NCBI GenBank assembly: GCA_963674825.1
Contig: OY771587.1
Span: forward strand, 2,560,001 to 2,624,000
Direction of reading: 5' to 3'
DNA length: 64,000 nt
DNA from: Candidatus Cloacimonadales bacterium
GTDB taxonomy: Bacteria; Cloacimonadota; Cloacimonadia; Cloacimonadales; JAIOQZ01
Shown here: positions 35,271 through 44,310 of the stretch, piece after piece
Layout: the number at the start of each line of letters is the position of its first letter
Numbering within the stretch: position 1 is the stretch's first letter
Made by a program: the position numbers and the translations under genes
Notes under the pieces: model-generated
What the model saw: the letters and a program-made list of their open reading frames with translations, nothing else
Databases searched by the model: none
What the model was told of the DNA's origin: nothing

Positions 35271-38252
35271 ATGAAAAAGGTGGTATGCGCATTTTTATTG
35301 ATCATGATGTTCACATTGTCGTATGCTGTCGTAGGCAGTATGGTTACAACAAATCCTGAAGAGGGCCTCAAGACTTTTTACGGACAGGTTGAACCGCATC
35401 AGTTCGAGCGAATCGAGGAATTATGGGTTGATACGGAAGAAGCGGCGATATGTGGCGATATCGCAATTGGTACAACAAGCGGCGATGTTGCGGCTGGCTG
35501 GTATCTGAACGACATCCGGATGTCGATGTATCAGGACAGCTCGAATCCGGAATGGGAATTCGCATTCGACGATCCGGGCTTTGATTACCCGGTTGATATG
35601 ACTCCCGATGGCTATACGCTTCTCGGAGCAGGCAGTATGCTCTGGACGTTCAATGCCAATAGCGCGACGCCAGACTGGCAAATGGAGATCACAGGTTCGT
35701 CTATCAACAATGTCGAGATTTCAAGCGACGGTGCTTATGCATACTGTTCTGCGGGATTTTCTGATCATGTCGATATCATGAAGATTGAAGTTGATGGAAA
35801 TACCGTATGGACACTGACACTCGATGGTGGCTCCGGTACTTTGGATCTGAGTGATGACAACGGCATACTGGTATTTACCCAGTATGGTGGTTCTAACAGC
35901 TTTATGACAGTAATTGATACTGAGAGTGGCGCAGTTCTGTTTACTGACACGGAATACAACCAAAATCCGCCTGCGCTTTCTTATGATGGTTCGATAATCG
36001 TTAATGGCGACTATTCCGGCTATGTTCATGTTTATCAGCGTACTGAAGACACGTACGAAGAAATCTGGAATTTTCATGTAAACAGCGGTAACTCAGGTAG
36101 TAACTCCTGGATCGGCGGCATGGCGGTTTCTGGTGATGGAAGTACAATCGCCGTGGGAACGCTGATGTTCAACAGCGCTGGATACGATGGTGAAATCTAT
36201 GTTTTCGACACTGAAATCCCGGAACCGCTATGGATGGTCGAGGGTTGTGGTGACTATGTTTGTAGTGTTGATATCTCGTACGATGGCTCGTTAATAGCCG
36301 TCGGTGGATATGGCCCGAGTGATAACTCCGGTCCCGATTTCTATCTCTTCCGCAAGCAGAGCAGCGAACCGCTTTACACGGTCAATACTTCCGGTTCGAT
36401 CTTCAAGGTGGAGCTCGCCGACGAAGGTGGAATGTGTGCGTTCGGCGGAAAGGCTGTTCATGCTCGTGTAATGGGTAGCGGAGGTTTGCTTTATCGTTAC
36501 GATGCACAGCCCGATGGTGGCATGCTTACCGGCACGGTCAACCTCAATGGATACGATGATAACTCAAATGTGCTGGTCACGCTTGGTGGAATCGATGACT
36601 ATCAGGCTTATACTGATGTCGACGGCTACTTCGAGATCCCGTATGTCCCGGCAAATACCTACATGGTATCCGCAACCAAGACTGGTTTCGGATCGGAAAC
36701 CGATGTCGCGATCATCGAAGAAGACGGTGTTGCGAATATCGATCTTACTCTTGAGCCCAATGGCCCAGCGCCCACTGACCTGGTAGCCAGCCAGTCATTT
36801 GCGCAGTATGTGCGTCTGGACTGGACAGCACCGGAGAATCGTGAGATTCAATCTTACAATATTTATCGCAAAAACTACATGACTGCTCCGTTCGATACAG
36901 AACCTGTCGGAACGGCAGGGGGCGAGGAGACTATGTTTGAAGACAACAATGTCCTGCCGCTCCGGGAATACTACTATGTAATTACCGCAGTTATCGACGA
37001 CCTCGAAACACCTTACTCGAACGTCGTTACCGGTTGGGCCTCGACCAGCTATATCGTAGATCAGGTGGATGCGTATGTAGGTACGGTACCGACGATCGAT
37101 GGTACGATCGAAGCGGAAGAGTGGGAAGACGCGTTTGTGCTTGTATGCGGCGACTTCCTTGGAACCAACGACAACGAACCGGATCCCATGAGAGGTGTAG
37201 TGGCCTATTTCAAGGTCGATGAAGACATGACCAATCTCTACATGGCTGTGATCAACGGAAACGATACAGTGTTCGAAGATCATGATGAGGTGGGTATCTA
37301 TATCGACGACAACAACGATGGTTTGTATCCTGAGAATGGATCGGAAGACCTCTCCGAGGGTAACTTCTGGGCGGTTCATTACGCCTCCGGCGACGTGATT
37401 CGCTATCGTCCGTGCTTCAATCCCAGCGGTGTCGGCACAACGGAAGAATACACTGACTGGCAGGTTGCCATCACTGCCGATGATGAAGGCATCTACTATG
37501 AATACGCGCTGCCTATCGGCGATCAATACAACTACATTCAACCCGACCAGAACGACATGTCCGGCCTCGGTCTGTTTGTGCTGGACGATCCCAGTTCATT
37601 CAACGCCTGGTGGCCACCCGCCATGCAGAATATCTTCAAACCGGTCTATTACGGTACGATCCATTTCGGTGCTGAGAACGAAATTCCTCCTGCGGTGGAA
37701 AACCTTTCGATAACCGGTTCGGATGCCAATATCATCCTCAGTTGGGACGATACGGAAATCAACGATCTGCTCAGTTACGATGTGTACATGACACTGGATG
37801 GAAACACGAGCCTCCTCGGGAACTCTGAAGGCCTTCAGTACTACGCGCATCTCACAGAGCCCGGTCTGTACGAGTTCTATGTGATCACGGTCGATCAGGC
37901 TGGTCAGGAGTCCGATCCTTCCACTACGGTAGAATACCAGTATTCGCAAGGCTCATCAGATCCTACGGTACCGGCATTCACGGGTATCAACGCCGTGTAT
38001 CCGAATCCGTTCAATCCGACGACCAACATCGCCTTCTCGCTCAAGAGTGCGGAAAAGACCCGCATTGATGTCTTCAACATACGCGGTCAGCGTGTCACAA
38101 CACTCGTGAACGAAACCTTGACAGCCGGTAACCATATGGTTAGCTGGCAGGGTCTGGATAAGAACGAGAAGCAAGTCGGTTCCGGTGTCTATTTCATCCG
38201 GCTCGAGGCTGGCGAAACAACTCAGGTGCGCAAAGCGCTGCTGCTTAAATAA
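35271..38252 (+). CDS. Large secreted modular protein: beta-propeller + carboxypeptidase-regulatory-like + FN3 + CBM9-like + FN3 + FlgD-Ig/T9SS-like tail
   Basis: GGAGGA RBS, signal peptide; repeated (S/T).DG...(A/V) blades; TDVDGYFEI; LDWTAP..YNIYR; PTIDGTIEAEEWEDA; YPNPFNPTTNIAFSL...GSGVYF. Confidence 0.7.
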   Translation: MKKVVCAFLLIMMFTLSYAVVGSMVTTNPEEGLKTFYGQVEPHQFERIEELWVDTEEAAICGDIAIGTTSGDVAAGWYLNDIRMSMYQDSSNPEWEFAFDDPGFDYPVDMTPDGYTLLGAGSMLWTFNANSATPDWQMEITGSSINNVEISSDGAYAYCSAGFSDHVDIMKIEVDGNTVWTLTLDGGSGTLDLSDDNGILVFTQYGGSNSFMTVIDTESGAVLFTDTEYNQNPPALSYDGSIIVNGDYSGYVHVYQRTEDTYEEIWNFHVNSGNSGSNSWIGGMAVSGDGSTIAVGTLMFNSAGYDGEIYVFDTEIPEPLWMVEGCGDYVCSVDISYDGSLIAVGGYGPSDNSGPDFYLFRKQSSEPLYTVNTSGSIFKVELADEGGMCAFGGKAVHARVMGSGGLLYRYDAQPDGGMLTGTVNLNGYDDNSNVLVTLGGIDDYQAYTDVDGYFEIPYVPANTYMVSATKTGFGSETDVAIIEEDGVANIDLTLEPNGPAPTDLVASQSFAQYVRLDWTAPENREIQSYNIYRKNYMTAPFDTEPVGTAGGEETMFEDNNVLPLREYYYVITAVIDDLETPYSNVVTGWASTSYIVDQVDAYVGTVPTIDGTIEAEEWEDAFVLVCGDFLGTNDNEPDPMRGVVAYFKVDEDMTNLYMAVINGNDTVFEDHDEVGIYIDDNNDGLYPENGSEDLSEGNFWAVHYASGDVIRYRPCFNPSGVGTTEEYTDWQVAITADDEGIYYEYALPIGDQYNYIQPDQNDMSGLGLFVLDDPSSFNAWWPPAMQNIFKPVYYGTIHFGAENEIPPAVENLSITGSDANIILSWDDTEINDLLSYDVYMTLDGNTSLLGNSEGLQYYAHLTEPGLYEFYVITVDQAGQESDPSTTVEYQYSQGSSDPTVPAFTGINAVYPNPFNPTTNIAFSLKSAEKTRIDVFNIRGQRVTTLVNETLTAGNHMVSWQGLDKNEKQVGSGVYFIRLEAGETTQVRKALLLK

Positions 38253-38264
38253 CGTGGAGTGTTG

Positions 38265-38666
38265 ATGAAACGAATCAGCTGGTTTGGAGTGATTGCAATC
38301 GTGCTTGTGCTGCTGGCATGCAGCGTGAATCGCGTGGAGAAGGTCCAGTGTGTGGAGTCGTTCATGCAGACGATGCAGGCGCATCCGTTCACCGATTCGC
38401 TTCTGGTGCGGCATATCTCGCCGGAGTGGCTGGAACGGAATCAACTCGACCCCCAAGACGTCAGTGTCAATACGTACGATCCTGAGGGTTTCACTGTGCA
38501 AGCGACCGATCCCGATACGGGAGCGGTTGTCGTGATTATCTGGGGTGAAGGCCACAAATGGCAGCATCGGCTTCTCTTCAAGACAACCGACGATGGCCGG
38601 TATATCCTGCCTGAGCGCTTTGAAGACAAGAAGATTACGCCATGGATCAAAGCGACAGACATTTGA
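38265..38666 (+). CDS. Hypothetical lipoprotein
   Basis: GGAG RBS, VLLACS lipobox, co-directional and 12 nt after the previous stop. Confidence 0.65.
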   Translation: MKRISWFGVIAIVLVLLACSVNRVEKVQCVESFMQTMQAHPFTDSLLVRHISPEWLERNQLDPQDVSVNTYDPEGFTVQATDPDTGAVVVIIWGEGHKWQHRLLFKTTDDGRYILPERFEDKKITPWIKATDI

Positions 38667-38691
38667 TAATGCACAATACATGATGAATAAT

Positions 38692-38726
38692 GGAGAGACG
38701 TCGCTTGCCGGCGTCTCTCTGCTTAT
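38692..38726 (+). terminator. Hairpin, probable terminator
   Basis: GGAGAGACGTCG-CTTGC-CGGCGTCTCTCT followed by GCTTAT. Confidence 0.55.
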
Positions 38727-38738
38727 TGAACGCAGGCA

Positions 38739-39089
38739 CCTGGGTGCGCAGACATCCTCGTCTGCATCTCTTTCATGGAACACAGGCATCTGTGAATTTT
38801 ACCCGCAAATTCGAATCTCACCGATATGACGCAGAAGCGTATCGAAGCACGATACAACAATTCATGACGCATCTATCATAGCCTTGTAGCACTCGACCTC
38901 CTGTGTGTTTGCAAACAAACACGAATCCCGAGTGAAACGATAGCGAGCCATAGGAGCGCTGCTCAGAGATCAGCGCCTACAATACCTCTTCTCTCCATTG
39001 GAGCGCCAAGCCCCGCTTGGCAGTTTTCCATGAAATCAACATTCGGAAGAGTCTCACTGCGTTCGCCACTTTCGGAAGATGATTTCATG
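38739..39089. repeat. Cluster of REP-like palindromes
   Basis: GCAGAC/GTCTGC (38739-65), CACTCG..CGAGTG with inner GTGTTTG/CAAACAC (38885-934), GCGCTG/CAGCGC with GTAG head on minus strand (38951-81), GCCAAGC/GCTTGGC (38999-39021), CATGAAATCA/TGATTTCATG (39029-89). Confidence 0.55.
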
Positions 39090-39148
39090 CATATTCCCAT
39101 CATTCTACCGTGGAATACGATAGAGAAGGGAGCTATCGCGAAAAAACA

Positions 39149-39176
39149 TTGACAGCAACGCGTTGCTGAATAAATC
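39149..39176 (+). promoter_or_regulatory. Candidate sigma70 promoter with a perfect 16-bp palindrome in the spacer
   Basis: TTGACA - 16 nt - TAAATC; CAGCAACGCGTTGCTG at 39153-39168. Confidence 0.45.
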
Positions 39177-39203
39177 GTACAAAAAATATAAACGAGGTGG
39201 AAC

Positions 39204-40091
39204 TTGCTGATTCAACGTTATTTCGACTCCCGCAAGGACATTGTTGAAGAATCGCTGAGAGAATACATCACAAAACCCAAGAAAGGCTCCACAAAGCTTT
39301 ACGAGGCAATGCAATACTCGGTTTTCAACGGTGGTAAACGGTTGCGCCCCATCCTCATGATCTCGGCATACGAGATGCTGCGCGGTCGCAAGAATATCAG
39401 TACCCTCAAAACGCTACAACCATGCGCATGTGCGCTGGAAATGGTGCACACGGCATCGCTGATTCACGACGATCTTCCGAGTGTCGATGATTCTGATGAA
39501 CGCCGTGGTATGCCCTCTGTTCACAAAAAGTACGGCGAAGCCATGGCGATCCTCGCCGGCGATGCTTTGCTGACCAAGGCATTTGAAGTGCTTACCGAAA
39601 TCCGTGACAAGAAGAAAGCTCTGCGCTGTGTCAATACGCTCGCCCGTGCGGTCTCCACACGTGGAATGATCGGTGGTCAGGCTGTGGATATTCTCTCAAC
39701 TAAAAAACGCATCCGGGTCAATGTCCTCAAATATATCCATCTGAAAAAGACCGGAGCGCTCCTCCAGGCAGCGATGGACATGGCGTGTATCATGTACAAC
39801 GCGGAAGAGAACCTCACCATCACGTTGGGCAACTACGCCTTGAACCTTGGGCAGGCCTACCAGATCATCGACGATATTCTGGACGATGTTGGCGCTTTTG
39901 AAATGCTGGGTAAGGAACCCTATGAGGATCATAAGAATCGCAAGACGACCTATCCTTCCCTGATCGGCCTCGAGAAGTCAAAGAAGACGGCGGAAAAACT
40001 GCTTGACGACTCCTATCGTCTCATCAAGAGCATGAAGAATAACGACGTGCTGGTTGAATTCATCAACATGATTCGCGAGCGGTTGCCATAA
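39204..40091 (+). CDS. ispA: Short-chain trans-polyprenyl diphosphate synthase (IspA/GGPP synthase family)
   Basis: GGKRLRP, FARM HTASLIHDDLPSVDD..RRG, GGQAVD, KTG and SARM QIIDDILD. Confidence 0.9.
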   Translation: MLIQRYFDSRKDIVEESLREYITKPKKGSTKLYEAMQYSVFNGGKRLRPILMISAYEMLRGRKNISTLKTLQPCACALEMVHTASLIHDDLPSVDDSDERRGMPSVHKKYGEAMAILAGDALLTKAFEVLTEIRDKKKALRCVNTLARAVSTRGMIGGQAVDILSTKKRIRVNVLKYIHLKKTGALLQAAMDMACIMYNAEENLTITLGNYALNLGQAYQIIDDILDDVGAFEMLGKEPYEDHKNRKTTYPSLIGLEKSKKTAEKLLDDSYRLIKSMKNNDVLVEFINMIRERLP

Positions 40092-40136
40092 ACAACTATC
40101 GTGAATGTCACAGATGGTCTTACGTAAAGATCCACC

Positions 40137-40967
40137 GTGAAAGTAATAGCATATTATAAAATTATCCGCCCGTTCAACTGTCTGTTCATTGCGCTGACAG
40201 TCTTGTTCGGGCTTTTCTACAGGAATCCAGCAGTGTTTTCACTACCCTACCTGTTCGGGATCCTCGCCGCTGTGTTCATCGGGGCCGGTGGCTACGTAGT
40301 CAACGACTATTTCGACCTACCTATCGATCGAGTCAACCGCCCGGATCGTATGCTTCCATCGGGCAGAATCACGCCCAAGGCAGCATATGTCTTTGCAATT
40401 GTACTTTTTGTGCTGGGCTTGCAGAGCAGCTTCCTGACGGGATCGTTCGCGGCTGTCGGCATGGCGTTTTTCAATCTCCTTTTGCTTTTCTATTATGCCC
40501 GTCAGCTAAAGACAACATTCCTCATCGGTAATCTCAGCGTCGCCTGGGCCTCTGCATCTACCTTTATCTATGGCGGAATCGTGGCGAATAATTTGCCTAA
40601 CATATGGCTCATCGCGTCCTATGCATTTCTTTACACACTCATACGCGAGCTCCTGAAAGATCTCCAGGACATCGAAGGCGATAAGGTGATTAAGGCCTCG
40701 ACTTTCGCGATTAAAGCTGGTCATCGCACCACGATGTCGGTTATTCTGATGCTGGCATTTCTGCTGGTGGCCGTCACGTGGTATGGCTCAACGCATGCAA
40801 TGCTGACTCGGCTCCAGATCATGCTTCTGCTCATGCTCGTCCATATACCGCTGATCGTTATAAATATCCTTTTCTTCCAGAAGGGTACACCGCGAAGATA
40901 TCGCATCCTATCCCTCGGAATGAAACTGGACATGATGGTACTGCTTCTGGTAATCTGGTTCGCGTAA
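40137..40967 (+). CDS. UbiA-superfamily prenyltransferase, digeranylgeranylglyceryl-phosphate (DGGGP) synthase-like
   Basis: IIRPFN, GGYVVNDYFDLPIDRVNRPDR.LPSG, YARQLK...IGN and RELLKDLQDIEGD motifs; multi-pass membrane protein. Confidence 0.8.
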   Translation: MKVIAYYKIIRPFNCLFIALTVLFGLFYRNPAVFSLPYLFGILAAVFIGAGGYVVNDYFDLPIDRVNRPDRMLPSGRITPKAAYVFAIVLFVLGLQSSFLTGSFAAVGMAFFNLLLLFYYARQLKTTFLIGNLSVAWASASTFIYGGIVANNLPNIWLIASYAFLYTLIRELLKDLQDIEGDKVIKASTFAIKAGHRTTMSVILMLAFLLVAVTWYGSTHAMLTRLQIMLLLMLVHIPLIVINILFFQKGTPRRYRILSLGMKLDMMVLLLVIWFA

Positions 40968-41032
40968 AAAACCCTTGACCTGAGGCGGGGTTCAGAAAGC
41001 GTTACATTATACGAACATAAAGAGGTGGTCAC

Positions 41033-43711
41033 GTGAATATTCACAATCTCGATAGCATTTTCAAGCCGAATCGTATCGCCCTCCTCGGCATCGGCGCAAA
41101 TCCGCGCAGCGTGGGAGGAAAGATCCTGAGTAATCTTGTAACCGGTGGATTCCGCGGAGTAGTATATCCCGTAAATCCCGACCTCGAAGCCGTGATGGGC
41201 ATCCAGTGCTACCCGGATATCGCGTCACTGCCCAATACGCCCGAGCTGGGCATTGTCTGTTCAGCGCCCGAACTTGCTCCCGGTTATATCGATGACTGCG
41301 GGAAGGCAGGAATCTTGGGTATCATCATCGTAACTGCCGGGTTCAAGGAAGCTGGCGAGGAAGGGAAAGCGCTGGAGCAGCAAATCCGTGACATACGCGC
41401 AAAATATCCCGGTATGCGCATCATGGGACCCAATTGCCTCGGCTACATTGCGCCGGCAAACAAACTCAATGTCAGCTTTGGCGACGGAATGCCCAAGAAG
41501 GGCGACATCGCGTTCGTATCGCAATCCGGTGCGCTCTGCACCTCGATTCTGGACTGGGCGATCGAGGAGAAGATCGGATTCTCCTATTTCATCTCCATCG
41601 GCAACACCATCGACGTTGATTTCGGTGACCTGATTGACTACCTTGGCGAGGACGAAGACACCAAATTCATCATTTTATACATTGAATCGATCAGCATGGC
41701 ACGCAAGTTTATGACTGCCAGCCGTGCTTTCGCCCGAACCAAACCCATCATCGCGTACAAAGCAGGTCGCTTCCCCGAATCAGCGGAAGTCGCGGCCTCT
41801 CATACCGGCGCGATGGCAGCCGAAGACGCAATCTACAACGCCGCGTTCCGTCGTGCAGGTATCGCCCGGATTTACGACATTGGCAAGATCTTCGGTATTG
41901 CGGAGCTGCTTGGCCGGAAAAAGACACCGGAAGGAGCCCGACTTGCGATCGTTACCAACGCCGGTGGTCCCGGCGTGATGGCGACCGACGCGCTCATCGA
42001 GGCTAACGGCGAGCTGGCGAAGCTTTCGGAAGCGACCATGGAGCAGCTCAACCTGAACCTACCTCCGATGTGGTCACACGGCAACCCTGTGGATGTGCTC
42101 GGAGACGCGCGTCCCAAGCGAATTGCTAAGACGGTCTCGATCGTTCTGGACGATACGGGTGTCGATGCGGTGCTGGTGATTCTCACACCTCAATCAATGA
42201 CCAACCCATCCGGTACTGCTCGCGAGATCGGTAAACTTGCCGAAAAGGCGAAGAAGCCGATTCTGGCCGCCTGGCTGGGTGGCGCGAGCATGAAAGAGGG
42301 CATTCAGATCCTCAGCGAAGCCGGTGTCGCTACCTATACCACGCCCGAACAGGCGATCGGCGCATTCATGACGCTGGTTGCCTATGCTCGTAACTTGAAA
42401 GCACTCTACGAGACACCGCGTGATGTGCCAGTGGAGTTCAAGGTCGATCGCAAGCAGTTCCGTCAGCGATTTGATCAGGTTTTAAACGAGAATGGCCGTG
42501 TGCTGTCCGAAGAGATATCCAAATCACTCCTGGAAAGCTACGGCATCCCGACATCAAGTCCTGTACCCGCCGCAACGGCTGACGAAGCGGTGCAGATCGC
42601 GGAACAGGCAGGATACCCGGTTGTATTGAAGATATTTTCACCCGATATTACGCATAAAACAGACGTTGGTGGCGTGCTTCTGAACATTGACGGTGAAGAA
42701 GCTGTTCGCAAGGGATTTCAGACGATCACTGGAAACGCACGAGAGAAGATGCCGGATGCGCGCATCGATGGCGTAACGGTTCAGCCCATGATCAAGCGCG
42801 ACAACGCGGTCGAGATGATCCTCGGTATCAAGCAGGATCCGGTCTTTGGAACGGTACTGCTGGCCGGCATGGGTGGAATCTACGCCGAACTGTTCAAGGA
42901 TCGTGCCCTGGCGCTTCCGCCGCTTAATGAAAGCCTGGCTCGCAGAATGCTGGAGAGCCTGAAGATCATGCCGCTGCTGAAAGGTTACCGCGGTAAGCCT
43001 CCTGTAAACATGGATCAACTCGTGGAAATCCTGATCCGCATGTCCTATCTTGCGGCGGATTACCCTGAAATCGTCGAGCTGGATATCAATCCGTTACTGG
43101 TCTCGCCACAAGATGTGATTGCACTGGATGCACGAATCGTGGTCGATCCCACAAAGCGCGGTGTCGAGTCGTACGCCCATCTGGCGTTGCGTCCGTACCC
43201 CGAGGAATATGTCAGTTATGGCGAGTTGAACGACGGCACCCCGGTTACACTTCGTCCCATCAAGCCGGAAGACGAACCGATGTGGCTCGAGATGCTCGGT
43301 AGCTGTTCGAAAGAGTCGATCTACCAGCGATTCCGTTACTTCTTCTTCTGGGATTCTCACGATGTGGCTGTGCGCTACTGCTTTATCGATTACGATCGCG
43401 AGATCGCGATCGTGGCGGAAGTGGACACAGACGAAGGCAAGAAGCTGATCGGCGTGGGAAGACTGGTCGCGGATCCCGATTTCGAATCGGTCGAATACGC
43501 TGTGCTGGTTCCCGATGCATGGCAGAATAAACGGCTCGGCTCATTGCTGACCGATTTCTGCATGGAGATCACTCAGCGCTGGAATCTGAAGAAGATCGTC
43601 GCTCAGACAACGGCCGATAACCCAAGAATGATCAATGTTTTCAGAAAACGTGGCTTCACGGTAAATCCCGACCTGCATAGCTCGCTGGTCGATGTAGAAA
43701 AAGAACTCTGA
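41033..43711 (+). CDS. ADP-forming acyl-CoA synthetase (alpha+beta) fused to C-terminal GNAT (Pat/Pka-type)
   Basis: GPNCLG, SQSGA, ASHTGA, TNAGGPG, NPVDVLGDA, HKTDVGGV and ELDINPL motifs, then RPYP...LRPIKPED...IDYDRE GNAT. Confidence 0.9.
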   Translation: MNIHNLDSIFKPNRIALLGIGANPRSVGGKILSNLVTGGFRGVVYPVNPDLEAVMGIQCYPDIASLPNTPELGIVCSAPELAPGYIDDCGKAGILGIIIVTAGFKEAGEEGKALEQQIRDIRAKYPGMRIMGPNCLGYIAPANKLNVSFGDGMPKKGDIAFVSQSGALCTSILDWAIEEKIGFSYFISIGNTIDVDFGDLIDYLGEDEDTKFIILYIESISMARKFMTASRAFARTKPIIAYKAGRFPESAEVAASHTGAMAAEDAIYNAAFRRAGIARIYDIGKIFGIAELLGRKKTPEGARLAIVTNAGGPGVMATDALIEANGELAKLSEATMEQLNLNLPPMWSHGNPVDVLGDARPKRIAKTVSIVLDDTGVDAVLVILTPQSMTNPSGTAREIGKLAEKAKKPILAAWLGGASMKEGIQILSEAGVATYTTPEQAIGAFMTLVAYARNLKALYETPRDVPVEFKVDRKQFRQRFDQVLNENGRVLSEEISKSLLESYGIPTSSPVPAATADEAVQIAEQAGYPVVLKIFSPDITHKTDVGGVLLNIDGEEAVRKGFQTITGNAREKMPDARIDGVTVQPMIKRDNAVEMILGIKQDPVFGTVLLAGMGGIYAELFKDRALALPPLNESLARRMLESLKIMPLLKGYRGKPPVNMDQLVEILIRMSYLAADYPEIVELDINPLLVSPQDVIALDARIVVDPTKRGVESYAHLALRPYPEEYVSYGELNDGTPVTLRPIKPEDEPMWLEMLGSCSKESIYQRFRYFFFWDSHDVAVRYCFIDYDREIAIVAEVDTDEGKKLIGVGRLVADPDFESVEYAVLVPDAWQNKRLGSLLTDFCMEITQRWNLKKIVAQTTADNPRMINVFRKRGFTVNPDLHSSLVDVEKEL

Positions 43712-43722
43712 CAGGAGAAACA

Positions 43723-44229
43723 ATGCGCAGAATCCCCTACTTTCTCGTCTCGATCCTGATTCTGACGATTCTTTTCGGATGCTCCAGCGACTACCTGGAC
43801 TTCAAGAAGGTCAATAACCGCGAATCAGGAAAAACGCTCATCATCTCCGCGATTGTAGGTAAGGGAACCCCTTACAAGCAAGAGATTGCAAACAAGCTCG
43901 TGGAGAAACTGAAAGACCGCTTTACCATTGAGGTCATGAATCTCCGTAGTGCATCTGACCTTGAACGGAAAGAGTATGACGCGATCGTAATCATGGACTC
44001 CTGTGAGGCATGGATGTTCTTCAATTCACGAATCAAGCGCATCATGAAAGCTCTGCCGGCTGAAAAGCAAATTATTGTGGTAACGGCTGAAGATCAGGAA
44101 TTCGAATGGACCTATAATGGGCTGGATGCGATCACCGGAGCATCGACAGATGATGACTCGGACAAGATCGCAGAGCGGATTCTTGCGCAGATCGACAAGA
44201 AATTTCCGCCAAAGAGACCTCGTTACTGA
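43723..44229 (+). CDS. Hypothetical lipoprotein (flavodoxin-like alpha/beta pattern)
   Basis: AGGAG RBS, ILFGC lipobox. Confidence 0.6.
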   Translation: MRRIPYFLVSILILTILFGCSSDYLDFKKVNNRESGKTLIISAIVGKGTPYKQEIANKLVEKLKDRFTIEVMNLRSASDLERKEYDAIVIMDSCEAWMFFNSRIKRIMKALPAEKQIIVVTAEDQEFEWTYNGLDAITGASTDDDSDKIAERILAQIDKKFPPKRPRY

Positions 44230-44310
44230 TTCCAATCACGAATTTTACTTGTAAAATATCGGCGGTCATTTTTTCTGTCGCCGATGGATAAATTTATTGA
44301 GGAGATAATT

